Shown: positions 26,244-41,015, counted from the first letter of the stretch. The stretch: DNA of 64,000 bases from Catajapyx aquilonaris (GCA_000934665.2 KZ538028.1:1-64000); one strand, 5' to 3'. Notes: generated by a model from the letters alone, not told the origin. Numbers and translations: made by a program.

Positions 26244-26880
26244 CGCCGGCATTTCATCAGATGGTGAAACAGCTAGTGCACCTAGTGGACCGGGTCTAGA
26301 CCGGTGCCCATCACTAGCCCGTCAAAAACAATGCCCAATATCCTCCGCATTCCTCCTGCGCACAATGCGCCAACTCACCCCTGTGTCTATCTCACGTCGG
26401 CTGCAGAAGGGGGAGGGAGCTGACCGGAGACCTGCAGACGGCGGCTCCTTCTCTCCCTGCCCCCCTTACGGCGGCCCCGGTGCTTCCTGGACCCCAGCCA
26501 GGCCCCGAGGCGGGATGGAGGCCTCACTGGAGGCGGAGCGAGAGGCGAGGGAGGAGAGAGAGCGGCGGGTGTCCCAAGAGACGTGTTGGTGCGTCGGCCA
26601 TGTTGGGATGGAGTGGCAGGGGTGGCCTCTGGCGGCGGGCGAGGGAGACTGTCCTCGGCCTGCATCCTTCTCCCCTTCCTCTTCCCAGCCGAGGAACCAG
26701 CAGCCCAGGCGCCAACCTGCGACGATGGGGGGACACGCACAGGCGCCATCTGACGGGGGAAGGAGCGCCTCTCTCCCATTGGTCCACTCGCTAGGACGCA
26801 GGGGATGGAGAGGTGGAGGGGGACTCGAGGAGGCAACATGCTCATTGGACGAGTGTGTCGATCCCGACGCCATGTTTAGT
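26244..26880 (-). other. Candidate GC-rich 5' leader exon, probably of GTF2H1
   Basis: CpG-rich block starting near AACATGGCG (26868-26876) and ending at donor G|GTGAGT (26243). The GTF2H1 ATG sits 4 nt after an acceptor (TTGCAG|CAAGATG), so an upstream exon is expected. Confidence 0.45.
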
Positions 26881-29800
26881 CCAGACAATCATATCTAATT
26901 GCACATTTTAACGAAAATGCCAACAGTACAGTGCAGGCGGTATCCACACTGTGTCTACACCAACATTTGGCCGCAAGGATTGTCACTTTCACGGATTAGA
27001 GGTGCTTATGTAGATGGATCCAAAATGGCCGCCTTTTGGGGGGATAGACTGACGTTCCATTATTTCGGGTGGAAATGAGCCATGTAGGCGCGATCATTGC
27101 AGAAATTCAGGGGCTAGTGCTGTTAATATAAACAGTTTTGCCCAGTTGGTACAGTACAGTCCACAAGTGGCACCTCCCTAATGTCATACACGCGGTATAA
27201 TGCATGACGGCTACATGATGACCTGTCATAAACGCGGTTCACTGTGAATAATAAGGGGGTGAGCAAGCAAGAAAGCAATAAGGGTCTGGTGTAGACCTAC
27301 TACTGTACTACAATATAAACCGCAGTTTGAGTAATAGGTTGTCGTATGACCTCCATTGACTTATCGACTTTTGTGGTACATGCTATGCTGTCATTTTTCT
27401 TAGAATGTATTCTCAGCAGGTATTCCCACAAATGTGCCCATCATTTTTGTCGGAGTGAATACCCTTTAGTCAGCTGTTAGGAAATAGATCTTATATGACC
27501 CCAGCCTTATCAGAGTACATTCCAATATGCATGTTCACTATAAATTAACACCCTGCGCTTTATTTTCATTTGGTACAACACACCCAAAATCGCTTCCTGG
27601 TCCTCCTGCTCTCATTGTGCAAATGATTGATGGCGAGAAAATACTGGCCTGAACCAGTAGGTGAAATGTGCACGCAATCACGCTCCGTTTGATATATCCG
27701 ATGCCCTAGGTTTGGCCAAAATTGGAGCGGACGAAATTAATCTGCACTGTTGGCAGTAGGCACCTCCCGAGACAGAAATAACCATGCACATTGGCGTCGA
27801 AAACCTCACTTTAGTTAGGCATAAGACTGGTTTCATGTTACTCAGTTGAAGATGTCAATTTTGTCATGCATGTGGCGACCACCAGTTGGAAGTTATTCTA
27901 ATTAACATAATGCCAATTCAAATGCAACCCATGATTCCAATAAAATCCATTGAGGACAATAGAATAACCCAACAGGATGACCCATCATAATATGGAACTT
28001 TCCAGTCCAAATCACACGTCTCAGAGGGCCCCTTTATAGGGGCGTGGCTATCTATATATGCTAATGGCTGTGTTCGATCCATACACTCCTTTCTTGAATT
28101 ATTAAAACCCTCAGGTGCCGCACACAAACAAATTATATCTGACCTTGCCCGGTTCCAACATTGAGGGTTAGTCTACCTTTATGATTGATATTACCGTATC
28201 CACATCTCCCGGCTGTCACTGAGTGTTTAGGTTAACGATCTCCCTACCTGATGAAAACATTTAGGACCTAAGAAGGGTATGAAAACATGCCTCCACCAGT
28301 GGCAGTGCAGTGGCGGAAAAATGGGCAGCAAATGACAATTTCTACGAAATAAGAGTGCGTTTTAAAATGGTGACAGTACAAACTGTAACCAATATAAGGT
28401 TTCGATCGAAAGTAGACCATATAGCATATACCTTCAGCAGTACCACTGTACCACCCAACGTTAATGGATTTACAGTATACGTTTCTGTCTAAAAGGTAAC
28501 GTCACAGGTGAATAAAAGTCGCTGGCAATTGCCGAACGAATATTCAGTCCCGCTTTGATCCTAAGTTATGCATTGTATGAAACAGTCACCGCACACTTGC
28601 GAGTAGTCAAGTCTGTTTTCTACAAGAGCAGTTAGATAACACCTTAGAACAATGCCAAAATAATAACTCTGCGACAAGTCCGCTTTCACATCTGTGTAGT
28701 TACTAAACATGCTATTTTAGAAACGAAGAAGCATATTAAGTACTGTAATACATAATACATAATACAATAATATAATAAGTAATACCTGTAAGTCCAGAAT
28801 TTCAGTTCAAAATGTGAACCTCTGGTGATTATCAATTATGCAAACAGCTGCAATAATAATTATATGCCGGATGCTGTCGGAAACGCTCCTATAGGCAGCA
28901 GAAAGCAAGAAATTGCACCTTCTCGGATTGTCCAGTAGACTACCCATTTTGTCACGTAGGTTGCAGTCGATGGTCAAGACGCGGTGATGCGCACGAAGGG
29001 TTCCGAATAGTGTTTTTCAAGTACTGTACAACCACAAAAGAGGACTAATTGATGTCTCTTTTGACATCCTCTAATAATTGCAGTGTTACCTCAAGAGCAA
29101 TTATCCTACCTCTACATGCCAGTACAATAAAAGTTGCTTATGCCTTTAGTTCAGAATAATCTCTTTTATTGCAGTCGATATTAGAGATGTCACGTGCCTC
29201 TATAGACACTCTCCGGAGACCAATACACTCATTACGTAATCACATGCCAAACGCAGTTTCATATATATAATTCTATGCATTAATTTATTTTTGGCCCTCC
29301 TTACAAATGCTAGTTACATGTATACATATGTAAAATAATGCAAAAATTTGATTGTCAAGTGCTATTTCAAGAGTCCAATATATGCTAGAAAGTTTACCCT
29401 ATAAATACGTAAGCATATACAGTTTCACGGCTTTTCTAAAAATCCAATTTTATTTTTGGCCTTTTTATAAGCGCTAATTACATCAAAATACGTAATTTCG
29501 AGCGAAAGTCTAGCATTTGTACATCCCGTAGGCCGTACGAGTGTGCGAAAATTGCCAGGTGTGACAGACTATAGCTACGAGCAAGCCCCTGGGCCATCAC
29601 TTAAATCCCGTACCGCTCGACAGCCCATCGAAACAATGCTCTTTACAAAACACCTTGGGCGTCCCAGCCTCTCTTGCCCTTCGTTGTTCCGCCTGAGAAG
29701 ACATGCCTTCTCCAACCTTGCAATATTCCTAAAACCGGCCTCTCCCTTTTAACACACTCGCTTTTTTTTTTCTAATACGTATTTCGTCTACATGTGTGTT

Positions 29801-32800
29801 TTGGGGTGGTGCCTCCAGCTGTGAAGGTCTGGGTGCCTCAGGTGTGAACAAAAAAGCAAATTCGTGGAAATATGCGGACGGGTGGCCATCAGCTGAAGAC
29901 ATTCACGAGAGTAGTTGTCCCGCTTTCCTGTTGGCGCCATAAGCAAGAGTCACGTGGTTGACTTCCTCCACTTTCACTCTTGAGGAGAACCCGCCTCCTC
30001 CACCTCCACCATCGCCACAAAGAGAGGCCCAGGTGTGCACTGCTAACCAGAATCTGCGTGCTTCATCCTCTGGCTGTCATGTCCATTGGTGACATCACCA
30101 CTAAAGGACAATTGGCCATCAGCCAGTAGGTGACAACAGGTGTCTTTGGCACCATCAGGTTTCTTCGCCAACAAGGTACGTACCTGATATACACCTGTAC
30201 TGTACATAAAAAATGTCAGAATGCATTGCGTTGCATATACTATGAGGTCAAGGCACCGCCCTCGTTCACTTCACTCTACCTGAAGTTACCAACGATAGTT
30301 TTGCCCAAAATCGTATGGTCCTGGAAACCTGTGGAAACGCACTTTCTGATTGATAAAAATTTGAAAATATGAAACATTCATCATGTAAATTTTATTTTCG
30401 AGTGCAAATCTGGTTGAAAATCTGGTTACATCAGCCGGTATATAATAAGGGCAGTGGGGGAGTCTAAATGTTGGTGCCGGCCCTCCATGGGAAAAGGCCA
30501 CCGTAATCAATGTTAGGGAGAATAATTAATAAGGGCGAATAGGCAGGCGAGGATAAGGTAAAGGTGGTGGGGGAGGTAGGGCCAAAAGCTGCTGTGATTG
30601 GCCACATTGGAGCGCCGGAATTCGGCCAGGCGTCGTTGGCGTCCAGGCACGTCGCGCACGACGATTAGTATACCCGTGGCATATACTTCAGTTCGCGTAC
30701 CGTCACGTATTCCTGGTAAATACTTTGGTGGCTCGCTTCTAGGAGGCAAGGTTAGGAATTTTTGGTGGAAACACTTTGGCACGTCAATGTGATACGCACC
30801 ATTGCCGCACTGCATAATTACATTATCAGCTCACGCACTTTGATGGCACGCACTTACTGCATTAGTAACCTTGACCAAATTGACATTTTAAGCCTGCAGG
30901 CAAAGTTTGAAGCAAAAAGGTTAATGGAAAATCGCAATCAGAGCAAAAGCGGCTTGTTTTGAAGGTCTTATGCAGTTGGGTGTCGTAAATAAGAACCGCA
31001 GTAAAAGCTGTGTTCTGAGAGTCGTAAAATGTTTGCGAGAGAACAACTGCATAACGGGTAATTATGGCTTCAAAAAATTAAAGTACTTGAGCATTTGGCT
31101 TCAGATGTCGGATCAAATGCCAATTTGTCCGCATTGACGTCTCGCGGTGTGGAAATGTGCACATTTCTTCATGATATTCACTTTTGGAAAATAATTTAAC
31201 AATGATAAATCGGTAATCATAATGCAAAAGTTACTTGCGACTATTGTTTTCGCATCGTAGGTATCGTTCGGAAAGGTCATTTTCTGCTGATATGAGGGCA
31301 CAATTTCTTTGAACGCTGTGTCATTTGCTTGAGTTTTGATGGTTGTCGAGGGTTGCTTTAGTTTATTATGTTGCTTGGTATACGATATCCCATGGCTGCA
31401 TGCACCTCTTGAAAAAAGATTTGGCCCACAGGAAACCATAATGCTCTGGATGAATAACTTGAGGTAGAAGACCCCCTGACATTTTATAGAGCCTTTGCGT
31501 GTTTCAGGTAGTGAACCCCGCCCTCCTTTACTCCACCAATTTGGGCATAAAATTATGCACATATGTAGCACTACCGCTGATGAGCAAACTACAGCACCGC
31601 ATTTTTAAACACAACCTAACGAAGGTCGAGCCAATTAAATATGCAGCAGATAACTACAAAGTGTGCGTGCAAAGTGATTCTTAACAGTAAATGCAAGCGA
31701 TAAACACTGTTGGATAGAAACCGCCTTTTGTGCAATTAGGGGCCAGTATATAGCTACGGGTTGACTGTATCCCACGCAACAGGCTATCGCCCATACAGTA
31801 CCCCCTAAGATCCGATGCAGATATACAAGTACACGTCGAACTCAAGTTTAGCGCGTCATTGCAGCCTACTCGTTTCCAATGCTTCTCTATAATGAATTAA
31901 TTAGAAGCCCTGATTATGTATATAGGAGGCACTCAGGTATTCTCAATCGGCCCATGACCCTGTAGACATTTCTTAGAATTTTTATAAGCAATCTTTGTAC
32001 AATTCCTGGGGGAGGAGAGACATATTGAATGGAGCTGATCACCAACCCACCCCGTCACTACGAGCCACAAAAATACAAAACAAAGTAGGTACAAAAAAAA
32101 AGAAGAAGGAATGCATATGCTGTCCTGAGCTAATCGAAGGTGTACCCATGGTAACCCACCACACCAACGGGCCACAACACAACACTCAGCTCCCCTATCC
32201 ATTTAGCACCCAACCATCGATTGATTACGTAGGAGGGTATCGTAACCTACGGTTGCAACCTACATACCACCAGCACAATTCGCAATTGGCCGCAGTCGTA
32301 GCATGTTGTCACGCTGTCGTTCTGGAAAATTGCTGACGGAATTTTTAAAAAAGTCACGGGATCGACTATGGTCACGTCAACCTTTTAGTAATATAAGGAA
32401 GCCATTGATGGTGCGTGACTGCTGAAGAGGTCGCGGATCATGTAAACATGGATCAAAGTGGCGCCGAAGATCTGCCTCGAAGACGCTCATTACTGCCAGA
32501 TAATGCTATGCTAATGATGTGTATAGATCGTTGCCATCGATTTACACTGCCCGAGACAGATACATGTCAATCTGTTTACATCCACATGATATAGCCTCTT
32601 CAATTATTCGCGGGGACTATACAATTAATCGTAAAGCGGCACGATAAAATCGGCGTTTGGAGTCAGAAATAGAGTAGATCATAGGTAGCGATGAGGGCAT
32701 TGCCCCTAGGGGCACCTACCCACCCACCCACTTAGCTGCCCAACCCTTTGCGTGTCCATGTCCACTCTTTGGCTTTAACTTCAGAGGGGGGTCTTGCGAA

Positions 32801-32971
32801 TCTTTTTTCGGTATAACCCACGCCCATCCAATAGCCTCAAGCCACTTCCGCTTTCAGTGGAAGACTGCAAACAACCTCTGAGGCGAAACACCTGAGAGAC
32901 AACCAGCCAGGAGAGCCAGCTAGGCCGAGGAGGAGGACACAGGGTGGTCGGTGGTCCACCCTCCAGACAAG

Positions 32972-34792
32972 ATGGGGTTCGGACAGGAAATGGACGACTG
33001 TGGGAAGTTCATGAAGTACAGCATGTTTGCTGTCAACTTCTTGATCTTGGTAGGTGATTGTTGGGGGGAAAGGTCATTGTATTATACCGGTACTACAGGT
33101 GTTCCAACTGAATTATTGGATTGTCATCTCTTCACCATTTACTGTTTCGTTTGGAATTTCTTGATGATTGCTAGTTTAATTATTTTAAAAAGTGGCTTAA
33201 ATTTCGGTTTCAGCGAAAAACCGCAAATAGCGACATCATAGAATTGCATATAGGGAAATGGCCTATTTGCGAATTTATTTCATGAAATTAATGACTGTGT
33301 ACGTATGGCAGCTCATTAGAAGGAATATCACAATGTGCTATCACGTTCACATAATCATTAAGTGCTATTTTCAGCAAATTGTTACGCCAGATGACCTTGT
33401 CAATATTGCAAAGTGCAGAGCAGGGGAATATCGTGAGCTAACACCCACGATCGAGATTCTGCAGGGCTGGATGGCATATGGACTTTACAACTTTAATTTT
33501 AGCAAAAAACTAAGCAAAGAGTCTGAAAATTTTTTATGATCATCAGGTTCGAGGTGCAATCGTATTTTTTTTTAATGTCGCAGATCACCAGTTTCGATCT
33601 CGATATAAATTGGGTAGGTTTTGAATAATGAAACATTATCCAGCATCCACAAAAACAATTCCAAACCATATGGTCCTAAATATGCAATTCATGACTACAT
33701 AATATACAGTAGCTATAAATTAATAACCAATTGCTTACACTAAGTTTTTCTGGCTTTAGGAGATTTTCTCGTGTTTATAACTTTTCAGCTCTTGACCCCA
33801 TAAGCCAATGAAGTACATGCTTTTGAATTTCTCATAATTTTTTTTGTCCATGGAGGCACAGGTAGGCCATCTTAGGCCACCTGTCAAGTAACAGACTTTC
33901 CGTTACAGACACCCATTATTGGGATCAATAATAAAAGTCACATTTTCATGTGCAGGTGGGAGGCATCGTGGTGTTGTCAGTAGGCGTTTACACAGTAGTG
34001 GACAAAGCGTTTATGGAGCAACTTCTTGGCAACAATCTGTACATGAGTGCGGCATACATCCTGATTGGGACTGGAGTTGTGGTGGTGATGGTGGCCTTCC
34101 TGGGCTGCTTGGGAGCCATCAAGGAAATCAAATGCATGCTACTCATATACTTCCTGATCCTCTTGCTGCTCTTTGTTGTACTCATGGTTGGAGGAATCCT
34201 GGCTTATGTCTACAGGGGGAGGGTGCGGGAGACGATGGAGAATCAGATGCAAGCCTCCATCAAGCGGTACAAAACAGAGGCACTTGTGACCAACTCTTGG
34301 GATGACACACAGAGGCTGGTAAGGTGCAAGCATGCAAATGACCGGATTTCGCCATTTACCATGTTTCCCATTTCAGCTCGGATGCTGTGGAATTAAAAAC
34401 TATGAAGACTGGTTCGGAATCAAGACAGGAGAAGTCAACGTGATCAGCAACCAGGTCCCCAAGTCATGCTGCAGGCAAAAGCCAGACAAGAGTGTAAGTC
34501 ACTCGTTATCTTCCTGTCATGCCCATAGATTTTCACAGACTCACTTTTCAGTTTGAAAATTGTGAGAACAGTCCCAACAATTCAACTACATACTCCGTTG
34601 GATGCCTGGCCAAAGGAGAAAAATTTGCCAAGACACATTCCGCAGTCATCGGTGCAGCTGGCATTGTTGTTGCATGCCTCATGGTAATAACAGTTGTGCA
34701 CACAAGTCATTCATTAATCCTATCCATCACATCTTTACTTGCAGATACTAGGGATGGCCTTCTCCTGCGCACTCTTCAAGATGATTGAGTAA
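32972..34792 (+). CDS. Tetraspanin (CD151/tetraspanin-11-like)
   Basis: Exons 32972-33049, 33956-34318, 34377-34493, 34552-34683, 34745-34792. Four hydrophobic segments, KYSMFAVNF, FLGCLGA, and EC2 motifs CCG, PKSCC and GC. Confidence 0.93.
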
Positions 34793-36434
34793 ACAGGGAT
34801 GGTGCAGGAGTGTTGGAATGTCAATAACATACTTTGTGTCATTCCCTCCATCATCCCATCCATTAAGTGAAGGGTTTGGTTTAAAAATGTTATCACCAAA
34901 TATTTTTAATGTTTATGGATGTACAAGTGGACTTGCAATAGTCAGTCTAGTAGTCAGCGTGCCTTTCTTTCTTGACAAGTGAGCCTGCCTAACATGCATG
35001 TTGAGCAGAACATGTTATCCACCGGAAAAGGTTTGAGATATGGAGATTTATTTTTAAACAAAATTCTTCAAATTCCCATGTGACCAAATTGCTCTATGTA
35101 GAGTGACCTGCTACCCTGTCCTCCTTTCCCCCATTGGCCACACATAATCAACACTCATATACGTACATGCTGTAATCACTGTGTTATTAGAGTAGAACTG
35201 CTCACATATGCTGATGTGTGCATGTGAGTATGATTGTGTGTGTATGAAATCACCGCCGTAACCTCCCACCCTTCACTTCCTTCCTTTCCCGATTCCCACC
35301 CACCCCATATGATTGTTGATTGACTCTTTAATATTATTGTGTCTTTCTAATTACTTCCTGTCATAACTTGTGTTGTGTGTGCCCGCCCACCTTCACTCTG
35401 AATTCCTTCTCTGGAAACACTCTATCCCCCACCCATCCTGATAATGAGACAAACACTCACTGGACAATTATTCCCATATAAAGTGTGCTATGGGCAGGTC
35501 GCAACACAAGCCTCTGTTGTACAAAATAAAGTCCTTTGTTGACTGAAAAGTGGTAATTATGAATTTTATTCTGCATACAGTAACAGAAGAATTGAATTAT
35601 TATCCAAGCTCTCTAATTACAATGAGTAAAAATGGGGTGTAAGTTCAACCTAATTTTGTATTCTACAATCAGGAAATTTTCATTTTTCTTGAGACTCCTT
35701 GTTATGTCCATTTGCAAAACTGGCAGCTAATGATGATTGACTCCTCAGCTTTCCAAATATTTAAATTGCCATGGGTGCAGCCCGAAAACCTGCAGGGGGT
35801 CATCCGTGAACCAGTTGACTTATCATCTCAAAAAGTTATGGCATAACTGTCGCCTTCCCATCCACTCTTTGCTCAAAATGCAAGTTACTTTTCAGGAAGG
35901 GAGGTCCATCACTGGTAAATTGTTGGTAAATGTACGACAATAAGCATTGATAACTGGTTGAATTTCACATGAAGAAGGTAATGTTACCAACAAACCATAA
36001 ATATGTTTATTCTCAATTAGAAGGCTTTAAAAACTTGACAATTACTGTATCATTTATAGAGGCAAACAAATGGAGGTAATCGTTACAAAACAGATCCCAG
36101 GGTACAGCACGTGTGGTGATAAAAAATGGAGATTTTCTGTGCTACCACTTATCCACAAAATGCTGAGAATTCACTTTAAAAAAAAAGTATAATGTATGTA
36201 TGTATGTATGGTTATACCCTTCTGGAAATAAGAAAATGTGACTCTCACAGTCACACTTCACATCTAGTGCACACCCAAATAGGCTAATAACGCAATCATT
36301 AATGTGCCACAGATCAACGAAGCAGGGTGTTTATTGCCATTGGCTGCTAACAGACACTAATGTGCAATAAGAAAATATAAATTCCATATGTGACGGAGGC
36401 AGTGAAGTAAATTCCAAGACCGTCAGTTGGACTC

Positions 36435-37533
36435 TCAACCAACCTGCCACTAGAGAAAAAAAGGAGTTAGGATGTAATATCAAAGAAATGCACCATTTAT
36501 AAATATTGGTTCAGTAGACTTGATTTTATATTCCCTTCCACTCCAACCCTTGAAATTAATCTTCAATCCAAGCAAACCATTTGTGGTTTATGACATAGGC
36601 CAGTGCTTCCCAATTTCTTTCGTTGGCGACCCCAAAAAATCGTCTTGCAAAATTTGCGACCCCCTATATGTGCACATTTCGATCCGCCAATATGAAAAGA
36701 CAGGTAAACAGTGAAATGACCTTACCTTATGGTCCTGATTTTCAAGAAGGATAGCATCATTTTGTGAAAATAATTTGTGACCCTCCCTCGCGACCCCATC
36801 GGGTCGCAACCCACAATTTGGGAAGTACTGACATAGGCATTAAGTGCCCATTTGTATGAAAGCAAATGAAGGAAAACCTGTGTTTATGCATAGCCATTCA
36901 CAATATATACTCTGGCATAATTAGAGATTTCCTCAATTAAATTTGTGACGTAAGTCATTACTTCATATTACCCCTGAATAATACGGTAACACTCGACCAA
37001 CAACAAAGTTAACCCAACGCATTCTAAGCAGGCCAGATTCATAACCATTTGTTTGTGACGATTAAGGGTGGAATTTTCATCCCACTGCTAGTTACTGCTA
37101 ACTTAGTAGTAACTAGCAGTGCGACGAAAATTCCACCCTAAGCCTTTTAAAAAGCTGACTAACCCTGAGCCCTCCATCTGGTTTTCCAGCCTGCATGGCA
37201 GCCGCCTCTGCCCTTTCCTGCCTTTCCTGCTGTGCCTTTAAACGTGCAAAAGTTGACTGGTCCTTCAGGCCACGGCCCTCCTGCTCCCTCAACCTCCTCT
37301 CAGCCGCTTCAGCCATCTGACGACGACGAGTCTCCTGCAGCAGGAAAAATGAATGGCAAAAACCGGAGAATCAATGTATCCTGCAACAACAACACACAGT
37401 TCTAAAGGCCATCAGTCATTACCGGATCGGGGCTGACGGGCGACCCCTTGGATCCCCTGTAGTGTCGCGTCAGGTCTATCCGCGACGACTCAGGAGAAGT
37501 ATCCCCACAGCAGCACGACGACAATGCGCCCAT
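36435..37533 (-). CDS. SVIP: Small VCP/p97-interacting protein (98 aa)
   Basis: Exons 37533-37423, 37334-37164, 36449-36435. MGALSSCCCG acylation-type N-terminus, VIM motif RRRQMAEAAERR, C-terminus GGLRWQVG. Confidence 0.9.
36601..36830. mobile_element. hAT (Charlie-like) MITE in SVIP intron 2
   Basis: TIRs CAGTGCTTCCCAA / TTGGGAAGTACTG, perfect 8-bp duplication ACATAGGC (36593-36600 and 36831-36838), internal GCGACCCC repeats. Confidence 0.92.
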
Positions 37534-38045
37534 CGGGATCAAGCATCACAGGCAATATTCTTCCTTCTGTCTTCTCACTTCCCGTAGGCCGCCATCTTCC
37601 CTAGGGCGTTATCGCATCAGCGATTATGAAAAGTGAAGAGCTCCAGATGTATCTCTATTAGTTAATAATTAACATTGCATTATATGAAGGAAAATTTTAC
37701 AATGGTGTATATATTATTGTAAGTAATTAATTGTCGAATTTATATAAACAATGACGTGTTAAGCAGCCGCCCGAACAGTGCTAAGTGCAAGTTGCCCAAG
37801 AAGTTGCCAAAACAACAGCACTGTAAGATTTTTAATTTAAAGTGACGTACATGTTATATAAATATTTTATTCATATGCGTAAGTAATACTGATTAGTAAA
37901 CACATTTATGTGAATCAAGTTGAAGTTAGCGGATGTGGCCAGATGCAGCGCGCATTGTCCCTCCCTCCCGCCGCCATCTTGGCTGATTGGAACAGTTGAT
38001 CGGAAAAGGAATCGGGTGAAAAAGTCGGAAAAAAAAGAGATCAGG
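37534..38045. promoter_or_regulatory. Bidirectional promoter region between SVIP and ATP synthase b
   Basis: Start codons are divergent and 512 bp apart, with an AT-rich core and two CGCCATCTT (YY1/Pho-like) motifs at 37590 and 37972. Confidence 0.65.
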
Positions 38046-41015
38046 ATGCTGCGAGCGGTGTCCGCGGCCTGCCGGGCCAAGGGACTGGTCTGTCCACAGG
38101 GTGAGACATATGGTTGATTTTAACAGTACCGGTGGGTCATCATTAACATTGCCAACAATATGATGATATAATTGATGTTGCATCTGCTTGGAATGAACGA
38201 AGAGTCGACCTTTGGCATTCCCAACCGTGTTCAATAGTAGGCCTACATTCTTTGTAATTGCATTGTCTGATAACTGAATTAGTTGCAGGATTGCATTTAG
38301 CCTGGCTTGTCCAACATAGGATTTACTGCGATTTACAACCAGGGCTGTCTATAAAATGCCTGGAAAGGGAGTGGTTTTCTGGCATATGTAAGATCAGAAA
38401 TTAATGAACCACTGATCTCATGTACAGAGATGAATCAACATTTAACCATTTAAAAAATATTAATATGCAATTTTTGAGTTTCAACCGAGGTTTCAACAGC
38501 CACCTCTTTTTTTTTTTTTTTGCCATGTGCAGTGGGTCATTTCTGGCTTCGTCTTAGGTGGGATTCCTTGATATAAATAACTGGGTATTTGACGAAATGG
38601 CCAGTAATGACATTCCCCAACAAATATTGCATGGAAAGAGAGCGATGAAAACTCAAGTGCCAAAAACTGAAGTTATCTGGATTATAATTTGAGGCACAAG
38701 GCACTGTGTTGTCAAATTTCATCTTATTGGGATTGTCTGCCTGTCAGCACAGAAAATGTAAGGTAAATTTATGCACATGTTGGAATCACTGATTATGCAA
38801 CTTATACTTATTTTGCTGGGGGCCTAGTAAGGAAAGTGATGGGTGTGACAAATGCTTATGCAATTTTAGAGTGAAACTGTGTATAAATGAATAATTGAGG
38901 GGAAGGTGTGGTGACCGAGAGGGTTACATCTCGGCTTGCTGTGCGAAAGGTCCCAGGTGATGAATGTATCAAGGATGTACTATCGGCACAGAAACGATAT
39001 GGGTCAATGGTCAGCTTACTCCCAAGTGTCTGTACCTTTTCTGCGCCGATAGTACAGTACAGTCATGAACTCATGATTTATGGTAGTACTGATCGATTTT
39101 GCGTAATTAATTGTGACCTCTCCTCATGTTGCTCAGCTTGTATGGAAATATTGTCATCATTAATTCTAATCTTCCCTTGGCAGCTGTAGTTTCGAGAGCT
39201 GTCATGACCAGCGCAGCCATGCAGTCAGATGCTCCGAGTCGCCCAGAGCGCTTGGAGTATGGAGGAAAAGTCCGCATGGGCTTCATCCCTGACGAGTGGT
39301 TCCAATTCTTCTACAAAAAGACTGGTGTCACTGGGCCCTACATGTTTGGTGTATCCTTTGGCACCTACCTGTTGTCCAAAGAGATATGGGTCATGGAGCA
39401 TGAGCACTACAATGGCGTTGCACTTGCCGTCCTGGTCACCTATGCTGTATCGAAGATGATTGGATCAAAGATGGGAGCTTATCTCGATGAAGAAATTAAG
39501 GCGAGTCCCCCTCCCCCCCATGAAGTATTTGCATTATGCCAGAGTGTCAGTTGGGGACATCCATAAAATATTAGTGTTTTTAGGAGGCTGTGGTAGAACA
39601 CATTGTGAGATGGTGTCATGTAATTAATGGGCAGGCCTTATCTATTTTTCAATAATTTTTGCAGTGAAATGAAAGTTTACTAATGAAAAGCAACATCTGC
39701 AATATTCCTGTGTAGCTTTTTCGCCCTTCTCACACAACATGCAAACTAAGAAGAGGTGCAAAAATAGTCCTAAAATTTTAGCCAGTCTTATAATCTTTGA
39801 CCTTCATGACAGAATCCTCCAAAGAAGAATGTAGACCTTGACCTCCAGATTTCTGGGGGTTGTGGGACTGAATCAGGAAGGCACCCCAAAAACATCAGTA
39901 ATGTTTCCCATCCAAAAAGTACCTCAATTGTACTAATCTTGAGTTAGAACAATAACTTATTTGTGAGTAATATGTTGCTGGAGGAGCACAGCATGTGAAG
40001 GATGAAGCACTGCTCCTCGGACATGCATCTCTGGTGGAATAAGTTTAACATTGCTTTTTGCTGAACCCTACTGTGGGGCTGTTAAGTAGGAGTAAAGCTT
40101 AGAACCCTGTTATTCAGAAATTAGGGGTATGGTTGCCCAACACAAACAGAGTATTGCCGTAACACTACTGACACCTCAGGAAGTGACCGCAACAGTAATC
40201 ACTGCCTTTGTGTTTCAGGTTGTGGAGGATGGGTGGAAGGCATACAAGGATGACAACGTGAATCACTTCAAGAATGCCATCGAGGAAGAGAAGAAAGAGC
40301 AATGGCGTGCAGAAGGACAGAATCTTCTCTTTGAAGCCAAGCATGAGAATGTGGCCATGCAGCTTGAGGCAGTGTATAGGGAGCGTCTCCTTCATGTCTA
40401 CAATGAGGTAAGATTTCTACCTGAATTTTGCACTTACCCTGCAATCGTAAAAGAGCTTGTCTGCCTGGACATTCCTTTTTTCTTATAATCAATTAGACAG
40501 TACAGGCATCAGACACTCCTCTCTCCAGCAGATTTTGAAAAGTCTAGTAAAATAGTTCCCTGATGCTCCCTAACTCCTCCTCCCCCTTACCATCCCCACT
40601 ACATGCTGGCATTTTTGGCTCGGCACCACCAACGTAACATGGATGCTCTCCAGGCTTCCTACAGTTCGGTTGGTCAGCTAGAATTTCCACAAGTACCACG
40701 TCAAATTGTGTTAGCTTCATATTTAAAACAGCCGTGTTCGTACTTTTCTACCAGCATGGGATGATATAAGAAGCATTTCCATCATGTTGTGTACAATGCA
40801 TACTTATGCGTACTTGTGTTGCTCATTGATGCTTTCAGGTGAAGCGCAGGCTGGACTACCAGGTGGAGTCCCAGGAGAGCCAACGGCGATTGGAGCAGCG
40901 TCACATGGTCAACTGGGTGTCTGAAAATGTGCGCAAGTCCATCACCTCGCAGCAAGAGAAGGAGGCTCTCGCTCAGTGCATCTCTGACCTGCGGTCACTT
41001 GCATCAAAGGCCTAG
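38046..41015 (+). CDS. ATP5PB: Mitochondrial ATP synthase peripheral-stalk subunit b
   Basis: Exons 38046-38100, 39184-39500, 40219-40407, 40839-41015. GKVRMGFIPDEWFQFFYKKTGVTGPY, QLEAVYRERL, EVKRRLDYQ, HMVNWV, and a basic presequence. Intron 2 is GC-AG. AATAAA at 41064. Confidence 0.96.

Noticed and set aside
38155..38280. Box C/D snoRNA candidate (ATGATGA...CTGA)
   Set aside because: No terminal stem or recognisable rRNA-antisense guide. It would need snoscan or Rfam.
38905..38960. Degenerate tRNA/SINE head in ATP synthase b intron 1
   Set aside because: Truncated before the B box, with no duplication; too weak to call.
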